A stretch of 64,000 nt of DNA. Source: Candidatus Omnitrophica bacterium UBA6253. GTDB lineage: Bacteria > Omnitrophota > Gorgyraeia > Gygaellales > Profunditerraquicolaceae. The notes beneath the pieces are model-generated. The model made no database searches. It saw nothing but the letters and a program-made list of their open reading frames with translations, and had not been told where the DNA came from. Location of the stretch: NCBI GenBank assembly GCA_002441245.1, contig DJVP01000004.1:52072-116071 (forward strand), written 5' to 3'. Positions 56,962 through 64,000 of this stretch are shown in pieces (within the stretch, counting starts at the first letter, position 1; each line of letters starts with the position of its first letter). The translations under genes were made by a program, and so were the position numbers.

Positions 56962-59870
56962 TTCTTATATTTCTTTCCTGAACCGCAAGGACAAGGATCG
57001 TTACGGCCCACCTTAGGCTGATGGGATTGCACGGGTTTAATCGCAGTTGCCTGCTTTGCTGGAGTCACTTCCTCTGGGACATTTTCTCCTCCAGGATGGG
57101 CTTGAAATTTAACTGACTCCGGATGAGAGAGCTCCTTAGGTAAAGAGCTAAAAACCCCCCGGAATCTATCCGGCTTGGCAGGCTGTAACTTAAATATAGT
57201 CTCCGCAGCTTCTTCTTCAATACTACTGATCATCTGGCTAAACATTTCAAAAGCCTCGCGCTTATATTCAATCAAGGGATCCCTCTGCCCGTAGGCGCGC
57301 AGGCCGATGCCTTCTCGCAGGCTATCCATAGCATAAAGGTGATCCTTCCATTTACTATCTATAATCTGCAGGAACACCATACCTTCTAAATTGCGCATTA
57401 ACTCAGGAGTAATCTCTTTTTCCTTGGCTTCATAAGCTTCAAGCAGCTGCGTAGATAACTTCTCTTTGATATCCTGCTCACCCTGACCAATAAAGCCTTG
57501 CGCATCAAATTCCAGCCCAAACTTTAAAGCCATGCAACTGCTCAATCCTACAGTATCCACCCCGGAAGTATCCGGCTGATTGTAAATTCGCAAATACTCC
57601 TCAACAAGCTTATTAATAATTCCTGCAATATTCTCTTTTAAGGAAAAACCCTCCAGAATCTGCCGGCGCTGGCTATAGATAATCTCTCTTTGTTTATTCA
57701 TTACATTATCATACTCCAAGAGCTGTTTCCTTATCTCAAAGTTATGCTGTTCAACCCGGCGCTGGGCAATCTCAATGGAGCCGGTAACCCAGGGATGTTC
57801 AATAACCTGGCCTTCCTCTAAGCCCAGCTTATCCATTAATCCGATAATCCTGTCTGAACCAAACAAACGCATAAGGTCATCTTTTAATGATACATAAAAA
57901 CGTGAAGAGCCGGGATCGCCCTGGCGGCCGCTTCTTCCGCGCAACTGATTATCAATACGCCTGGCTTCATGACGTTCTGTGCCCAAAACATGCAACCCCC
58001 CTACTTCCACTACTTTCTTATGCTCTACTTCAGACTCTGTTTTATACCGCTCAAGGATAGCTTTATATTCACTCTGGTAATTTTGGTCTTCAGGGTTTAG
58101 TTTTTGTTTAGCTACATTTCTGGCGGTATATTCAGGATTACCCCCCAAAAGGATGTCCGTGCCGCGGCCGGCCATATTGGTGGCAATGGTTACCCCTTTA
58201 TACCTGCCTGCCTGGGCAATAATCTCAGCCTCAAGTTCATGGTATTTAGCATTCAGCACCTGATGCGGCACTCCCCGACGCTTAAGCATTTCAGAAAGCA
58301 TTTCAGATTTGTCAATAGTAATTGTACCGACCAGAACAGGCTTGCCTGCTTCATATAGCCCAACAATCTCTTCGACTACGGCGGCAAACTTTTCTTTTTC
58401 GGTCTTATAAATACGGTCGGGGTAATTTTTGCGCACCAAAGGTTGATTTGTCGGCAAGACAACTACATCCAGCTGATATATGTTCCTGAATTCATTGGCT
58501 TCGGTAAAAGCAGTGCCGGTCATCCCGGCAAGTTTTTCATACATACGGAAATAATTCTGGAAGGTAACCGTAGCCAAAGTTTGGTTTTCCCGCTCAATTT
58601 TCAATCCTTCCTTGGACTCAATAGCCTGATGCAAACCGTCTGACCAGCGTCGACCCGGCATAAGGCGCCCGGTAAATTCATCCACGATAATTACCTGCCC
58701 GTCCTTAACTACATAATCTACATCGCGCTGAAAAAACTCTTTTGCCCGCAAAGCTTGAATAGTATGATGCCGATATTCAATTGTTTCTAAAGTATGCAGG
58801 CTGTCAATGCCCCAAAGTTTGGAAGCCTTAAGTTCACCTTCTTCAGTAAGGGCAACGGTCTGTGCCTTTTCATCCGCCACATAATCAAAGCCCTGGCCTA
58901 AATCCACTCCTTTATATTTAGCGTCAATTTCGTCTTTTTCTGTAACCCTGCGGCCGTTTAAACCTTCGACTATTTTCTTAGCAGTATAATATTTATCGGT
59001 AGACTCCTCAGCGGGACCTGATATAATCAACGGCGTACGCGCCTCATCAATCAATATCGAATCCACCTCATCTACAATAGCATAATAAAAAGGCCTCTGT
59101 ACCAGATCTGTAACAGAATATTTCATATTATCGCGCAGATAATCAAAACCAAACTCATTGTTTGTGCCATACGTTATATCACAGGAATAAGCGACTTTTC
59201 TTTCTTCATCTGACATATCATGCTGGATAGTGCCTACGGATAACCCTAAGAATTCATAAATCGGCCCCATCCATTCGCGGTCACGCCGGGCAAGATAATC
59301 ATTAACCGTAACTACGTGCACACCTTTGCCTAATAAAGCATTTAAATAGGCCGCTAGCGTAGCAACCAAAGTCTTTCCTTCTCCGGTAGACATCTCTGCA
59401 ATCCTGCCCTCATGCAGAATAATGCCGCCGGCAATCTGCACATCAAAATGCCTTAAACCTATTGAGCGCCTGGATGCTTCCCTGACTACAGCGAAAGCTT
59501 CAGGCAATATATCGGCAAAAATCCTGTTTCGGCTTACTTTAAGTTTTTCTTTTAATTTCTCCTTTTCCTCAGGCATAGCCACTGAAAGCATGGCTTGCTG
59601 CAGTTCTTCTAGATCCTGCGCAAATTGCTCAGATTTACTGCTTAGATGCTTCTTAAACTCATCTGTCTTGGCGCGCAGTTGATCATCGCTAAGCTGGCTC
59701 ATACTGGCTTCAAATGAATTTACCAGATTAACAAGGCGGCTCAATTCAACCATCTTATTCATCGATGGGCTGGGCATTTCGGAATGCAGGACAATCTTTA
59801 CATCAGGGAATTTTTTCCTGATGGCATCTTGCTTATTTTTAAGAATAATCTTTTTAATCAACCCGAGCAT
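56946..59870 (-). CDS. secA: preprotein translocase ATPase SecA
   Basis: 974 aa with DEAD-motor motifs ([25 protein letters not shown]) and the C-terminal zinc finger [13 protein letters not shown]. Confidence 0.95.
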   Translation of the reverse strand: MLGLIKKIILKNKQDAIRKKFPDVKIVLHSEMPSPSMNKMVELSRLVNLVNSFEASMSQLSDDQLRAKTDEFKKHLSSKSEQFAQDLEELQQAMLSVAMPEEKEKLKEKLKVSRNRIFADILPEAFAVVREASRRSIGLRHFDVQIAGGIILHEGRIAEMSTGEGKTLVATLAAYLNALLGKGVHVVTVNDYLARRDREWMGPIYEFLGLSVGTIQHDMSDEERKVAYSCDITYGTNNEFGFDYLRDNMKYSVTDLVQRPFYYAIVDEVDSILIDEARTPLIISGPAEESTDKYYTAKKIVEGLNGRRVTEKDEIDAKYKGVDLGQGFDYVADEKAQTVALTEEGELKASKLWGIDSLHTLETIEYRHHTIQALRAKEFFQRDVDYVVKDGQVIIVDEFTGRLMPGRRWSDGLHQAIESKEGLKIERENQTLATVTFQNYFRMYEKLAGMTGTAFTEANEFRNIYQLDVVVLPTNQPLVRKNYPDRIYKTEKEKFAAVVEEIVGLYEAGKPVLVGTITIDKSEMLSEMLKRRGVPHQVLNAKYHELEAEIIAQAGRYKGVTIATNMAGRGTDILLGGNPEYTARNVAKQKLNPEDQNYQSEYKAILERYKTESEVEHKKVVEVGGLHVLGTERHEARRIDNQLRGRSGRQGDPGSSRFYVSLKDDLMRLFGSDRIIGLMDKLGLEEGQVIEHPWVTGSIEIAQRRVEQHNFEIRKQLLEYDNVMNKQREIIYSQRRQILEGFSLKENIAGIINKLVEEYLRIYNQPDTSGVDTVGLSSCMALKFGLEFDAQGFIGQGEQDIKEKLSTQLLEAYEAKEKEITPELMRNLEGMVFLQIIDSKWKDHLYAMDSLREGIGLRAYGQRDPLIEYKREAFEMFSQMISSIEEEAAETIFKLQPAKPDRFRGVFSSLPKELSHPESVKFQAHPGGENVPEEVTPAKQATAIKPVQSHQPKVGRNDPCPCGSGKKYKKCCSK

Positions 59871-59891
59871 ACTGGCACCTTAAGCTTCTAT

Positions 59892-61002
59892 TTAGCGAGA
59901 TCCTTGTTTGTTCGCGCTTAATTTAAGGAAGGCTTCAATAAATTCATCCAGCCCCCCGTCTAAAACCTTCCCGCTGTCTCCAGTTTCAAAATCCGTACGA
60001 TGATCCTTGACCAAATTATAAGGATGCAGCACATAAGAGCGGATTTGGCTGCCCCATTCAATTTTCTTTTTGTCCGAATCCTGCTGTTTTAACTCTGCTT
60101 CCTTTTTCTCCTGCTGCGCCTCATAGATACGCGCTTTCAATATCTTTAAAGCAGTTTGCTTATTTTGATGCTGCGAACGTTCATTCTGGCACTGCGCAAC
60201 AATTCCAGTGGGAATATAAGTTACCCTCACCGCTGAATCAGTAGTATTAACGCTTTGGCCACCGGCGCCCTTAGCGCGGTAAACATCTATACGCAGATCT
60301 TTTTCCTCAAGCTTGATATCCAGCTCTTCCTCTATTTCAGGAATTACATCTACCGAGGCAAAAGATGTATGCCTGCGCTTATTGGCATCAAAAGGAGAAA
60401 TGCGCACCAATCTATGCACCCCGCGTTCTGCCTTTAAATAGCCATAAGCATACTCCCCTTCAATTAAAAGGGTAACATTTTTAATCCCTGCCTCTTCGCC
60501 GGCAAGTAAATCAATTGTTTTTACGCTATAGCCGCGGTTTTCTGCAAAACGACTATACATCCTAAAGAGCATGCCTGCCCAATCGCAGGATTCTGTGCCG
60601 CCGGCTCCGGAGTTAATACTTAAAATCGCACTGTTTTTATCCAAGGGGCCGCCTAAGAGTACCTGGAATTCCAGTTTATCTATTATTGATAGCAAGCTAT
60701 CAGTATTGCGCGCTAAATCCTCAAGTAACTCATTATCGCCTTCCTTGACTAAAGGGATAAGTTCTCCAAGCTCCTGGTATTTTCTGTAAGCTAAATCCCA
60801 GGGCTCAACTATTGCTTTAAGGATTTTTAATTCTTTAACTATTTTCCTGGGGCGATCCGTATTATCCCAGAAATCTGCGGCGGACATTTGGCCGGATAAA
60901 ACATCTATCTGCTGTTTCTTGTTTATAACGTCAAAGATAACCTCTTAGATTATCGATCCTTACTCCCAGGCCATCTAACTTAGATTTGATTTCATCAAGC
61001 AT
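59892..61002 (-). CDS. prfB: peptide chain release factor 2, with programmed +1 ribosomal frameshift
   Basis: Frame 0 (61002..60934) reads MLDEIKSKLDGLGVRIDNLRGYL and ends in CTT TGA C, preceded by an SD-like AGAGGT. The +1 frame continues DVINKKQQIDVLSGQ-MSAADFWDN... It then carries the GGQ motif (GAGGQSVN) and the SPF tripeptide (RISPFDAN). Confidence 0.9.
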
Positions 61003-61029
61003 AATTATCTCCTTGTCTGTTTTAACCTA

Positions 61030-62112
61030 TTATTTCTTTATCCCCCTAAAGGCCAGCATAAATTCATCGCGGCTATCCGCTGCTTGTGCAGCATCCTCCT
61101 CAGTAATCTTGCCCTCCTGAACCAGCTTAACCAAGGACTGATTAAATGACTGCATGCCGAATATTGCCCCATCATCGATAAACTGAGGAATCTCCCAAAT
61201 CTTTCCCTCGCGAATCAGGCGGCTTATAGTAGGAGTCAAAAGCATAATTTCATAAGCAGGGATACGGCCCGCGCCATCTTTAGCAGGCACCAAGCGTAAA
61301 GAAATTACTCCTTTTAATAATGTAGCTAATTGGTTCCTTGCCTCTTGATGCTGATGCGGCGGGAAAAAATTAATTAATCTTTCCACGCTCTGAGAAGCAT
61401 TAACGGTATGTAAGGTGCTTAAAACCAGCACCCCTGTTTCTGCGGCGGTCATAGCGCTGGAAACAGTCTCATAATCGCGGATGTTACCGATATACATTAC
61501 ATCCGGGCTCTGCAAAGTAAAGGAACGCAGGGCAACCGTATAAGAAGCAACATCAATACCTAGTTCGCGCTGGTTGATAATTGATTGTTTATCTTCAAAG
61601 GTGAATTCAATCGGCTCTTCAGCAGTTAGAATATGCTTCTTGGAGCTGCTGTTTATATACTCCATCATACTGGCAATGGTCGTGGATTTACCGCTGCCCA
61701 TACTCCCGGTTAAAAGTACCAGGCCACGAGTCTCAAGCGATAATTTCTTTAATATATCAACAGGGAGATTCAACTCCTCAAACGTCGAGATATGATTACG
61801 CACATTCCTAATGACAATAGACGGCCAGTTCCTTTGCATAAATATACTTACACGGAAACGGCGACCAAACTCCTCAAGGTAGACGGCAAAATCAACATCC
61901 ATATTATTCCTGAAGATATCAAGCTGCTTGAAATTAGCCAGCTGTTGGGTAGCAAGCATAACGTCCTCTACGCTTAAGACATGATCGCCCATGGGAATAA
62001 TCTTTCCGTCAATGCGCAGCCGCGGCGTACCCCCGGCCCGGTAAAATAAATCCGATCCGCCTCTAGCTACCATCTCCTGCATCAACTTCTTAATGTCCAT
62101 CTTTTCCTCCAA
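61030..62112 (-). CDS. pilT: type IV pilus retraction ATPase PilT/PilU family
   Basis: 360 aa with Walker A GSMGSGKST, the Asp box, and the His box (LSTLHT) of the PilT subfamily. Confidence 0.85.
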   Translation of the reverse strand: MEEKMDIKKLMQEMVARGGSDLFYRAGGTPRLRIDGKIIPMGDHVLSVEDVMLATQQLANFKQLDIFRNNMDVDFAVYLEEFGRRFRVSIFMQRNWPSIVIRNVRNHISTFEELNLPVDILKKLSLETRGLVLLTGSMGSGKSTTIASMMEYINSSSKKHILTAEEPIEFTFEDKQSIINQRELGIDVASYTVALRSFTLQSPDVMYIGNIRDYETVSSAMTAAETGVLVLSTLHTVNASQSVERLINFFPPHQHQEARNQLATLLKGVISLRLVPAKDGAGRIPAYEIMLLTPTISRLIREGKIWEIPQFIDDGAIFGMQSFNQSLVKLVQEGKITEEDAAQAADSRDEFMLAFRGIKK

Positions 62113-62165
62113 GAATAATTTAAGGCATTGTTCCCGCTGCCCTCAGCCGTAACATGCGGGACTGC

Positions 62166-62195
62166 GGACAAGTTTGCCTATAGGCAAACTTGTCC
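62166..62195 (-). other. perfect 13 bp palindromic hairpin directly after the GT2 stop
   Basis: GGACAAGTTTGCC-tata-GGCAAACTTGTCC. There is no U-tract on the minus strand. It may be a terminator, attenuator or protein-binding site. Confidence 0.35.
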
Positions 62196-62199
62196 TTAA

Positions 62200-63693
62200 T
62201 TATAACACTTTATTCCCTTTTAATGTAGGATTAAATTCCATATACTTTGCAAGCATAAGCCGGCTTTGGGCATCTAACGCCGGGAAGGAACCAAGAATCA
62301 ATATTATAAACGGCACAAAAAACCACTCTAAGATTAAAAGCACATTTTTAAACCAACTGACCCCCCTAGGCCGCGGTGGAAGGATTGTCCAGCTTAAGAA
62401 TATCCAGGTTAAGCTGGTTAACAAGGTAAACTGAAACAATAATCCGGTAATTTTAGGCAAATTATACGCAATAGACATCTGGCTGAACAGCCGCCCGCCA
62501 AAAAATATGGGAAGCGGACCGATAACTACTAAAATAACCGCCCAGATTGCCCAACTGACATGACTTTCCAAAAGATGGAATAATCTCCTTAATCTCTTAA
62601 ATAAAGAGATATTGTTATTTTTCATGAATCCAATTGCCACGAAAGGAAAATTCTCTACGCCCCAGGCCCATCTTCTTTTCTGCTTATATTGTACAACCAT
62701 GGTCCGCCAAATATTATTGGAATAAGCTACATCCATAGAAACTGTAATATATAACGGGACCACCCGATAATCGCCATTATAATGCAAAAAGCCCTTCCAG
62801 TAAATTACCGAGTCATCTGAAATCATATTTCTTGGCCAATAATCCACCTCAACCAGGGTCTTAAAACTCATACTATGGCTGGAGAATGTGACAAATTTCT
62901 CAAGGCGCATACTCTCGATCATCTGACAGAATGAACTACTAATTTCAACTAACCTGGCAAAGGACGGCGCCTGCCAAATATTATTATTATAAACCGGCAT
63001 TGGCTGATAGCTTGCCTGATGCGGTTTATCCGAAGTTAGAAAATGATAACTCAAACAACCAAAATATTCCGGCTCAACACAGGTATCCGCATCGAAACAA
63101 GAAACTATAACATGCTCGCAACCGATCCCGCGGGCATCGATAAACTTTTTAGCGGCCTTAGCTGCCCAAGTAGCATTTGCACCTTTAGTACGGCTCTCGC
63201 CAGGCAGGTTGTCAGGATGAAAGGTAGACAAATACGCACCGAATTTACTCCCAAATTCCTTCTCTAAAGCTAAGGCATTATCGTGCGCGCGGGAACCTCT
63301 TTCTTCAAAAGCCATAACTACTATAAACTTCTCTTTGGGATAATGACTCATACTCAAGGCTGTCAAAGACGGCCGCAAAACCTCCAGCCCCTCATTGTAG
63401 ATCGGGAATATAACTAACTGATATAAATCCAACCAATTTTTCTGTTGCCCCAGGCTTAAACAACGCCCCAGCCAATCCTCGCCCTTTTGACAAGAAATTT
63501 GGCGATGTGCCATAATCAAAAGCGTGGTCAAGTAAATTGTACGGATTATCCAATAAAAATCAAAAGTAATAATGACAATGGCGCTGGCTATTGGGTATTT
63601 AACCGACAATATGATAAGTAAAATGATTATCCCCCAAGACAGACTCCCAGGAATAATTTCAAAAACCCGCTTTAAAACTCTGGCCTTATTCAT
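62200..63693 (-). CDS. membrane-embedded family-2 glycosyltransferase (processive, QxxRW type)
   Basis: 497 aa with CFDADT (DxD) and QYKQKRRWAWG (Q-x-x-R-W), flanked by multiple TM segments. Confidence 0.7.
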   Translation of the reverse strand: MNKARVLKRVFEIIPGSLSWGIIILLIILSVKYPIASAIVIITFDFYWIIRTIYLTTLLIMAHRQISCQKGEDWLGRCLSLGQQKNWLDLYQLVIFPIYNEGLEVLRPSLTALSMSHYPKEKFIVVMAFEERGSRAHDNALALEKEFGSKFGAYLSTFHPDNLPGESRTKGANATWAAKAAKKFIDARGIGCEHVIVSCFDADTCVEPEYFGCLSYHFLTSDKPHQASYQPMPVYNNNIWQAPSFARLVEISSSFCQMIESMRLEKFVTFSSHSMSFKTLVEVDYWPRNMISDDSVIYWKGFLHYNGDYRVVPLYITVSMDVAYSNNIWRTMVVQYKQKRRWAWGVENFPFVAIGFMKNNNISLFKRLRRLFHLLESHVSWAIWAVILVVIGPLPIFFGGRLFSQMSIAYNLPKITGLLFQFTLLTSLTWIFLSWTILPPRPRGVSWFKNVLLILEWFFVPFIILILGSFPALDAQSRLMLAKYMEFNPTLKGNKVL

Positions 63694-64000
63694 TTATTTT
63701 CTTCTTCATCAATCTTTCCAATAAAAAAAACTCCGGGCTCAACTCCAGCTTATACAGGTTATTATAGGAGAAACCATCAGGGCTTCTCTGGCTATCGCTA
63801 AAATAAAGTACCTGGCGTTTATTATCGTAAGAGGCCTCCGTTGGCTCTTTGCTCAATTCTACTAGGTTGACCGGTTTAGCCTGAGGCCTGGATTCAATTA
63901 CAGCAACATGCCTATTAGTCAATACAATCAAATGGTAATTATCCGAATGCCAGAATATTTTGATTATTTTCTCCTGAGGATAATCAAGATACACGAAAGA
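63686..64000 (-). CDS. hypothetical protein, C-terminal fragment (open to the window end)
   Basis: The reading frame stays open to position 64000, and the track Met is a GTG. It overlaps the GT2 start by 8 nt. No motif was recognised. Confidence 0.4.
   Translation of the reverse strand, partial: SFVYLDYPQEKIIKIFWHSDNYHLIVLTNRHVAVIESRPQAKPVNLVELSKEPTEASYDNKRQVLYFSDSQRSPDGFSYNNLYKLELSPEFFLLERLMKKKINE

Noticed and set aside
1-64000. CRISPR arrays, IS elements, integrases, large direct repeats
   Set aside because: No run of short regularly spaced repeats was seen. No transposase- or integrase-like translation was seen. No repeated block other than the two csp paralogues was noticed by eye. This was not an exhaustive computational scan.

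Overview
This is an AT-rich, very gene-dense bacterial chromosomal window with about 75 protein genes and 2 tRNAs. Nearly all genes lie on the minus strand in long collinear runs with overlapping start and stop codons. The gene content suggests an anaerobic diderm bacterium. Evidence for that includes a complete Rnf complex (rnfC-G-D-E-A-B, with rnfB running off the left edge). There is also a roughly 8 kb Rrf2-headed oxidative/nitrosative-stress array (Hcp, superoxide reductase, ferritin, a hand-found rubredoxin, Tpx, an FNR-like reductase, a flavodiiron protein, TrxB and MazG). Its reading direction continues unbroken into an Fe-S/sulfur-mobilisation cassette (Nfu, a LarE-family PP-loop ATPase, NifS, an AIR-synthase-like protein), then birA and a BtuB-sized TonB-dependent receptor. 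Housekeeping genes include nadA, mnmA, rluA-family, uppP, secA, lnt, lpxL-like, pilT and prfB with its programmed +1 frameshift. There are two cspA paralogues, each with a sigma70 promoter and a roughly 120 nt leader; one sits between tRNA-Thr and tRNA-Phe. Two stretches look accessory. The first is a divergent FemAB-like GNAT / paired EamA half-transporters versus DegT aminotransferase / alpha-beta hydrolase locus with an operator-like palindrome in its promoter. The second is a minus-strand run carrying a ureohydrolase, a class III aminotransferase, a HAD phosphatase, an AmmeMemoRadiSam-type radical SAM enzyme and a THUMP-less ThiI-like PP-loop protein. The most unusual single gene is a 670 aa fusion of a cNMP-binding-like domain, a degenerate MinD/ParA-like domain and a patatin phospholipase. 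Several genes shorter than 60 aa are absent from the ORF track and were found by hand. No CRISPR array, integrase, transposase or large repeat was recognised. All calls rest on motif-level reading of the translations, with no database searches.
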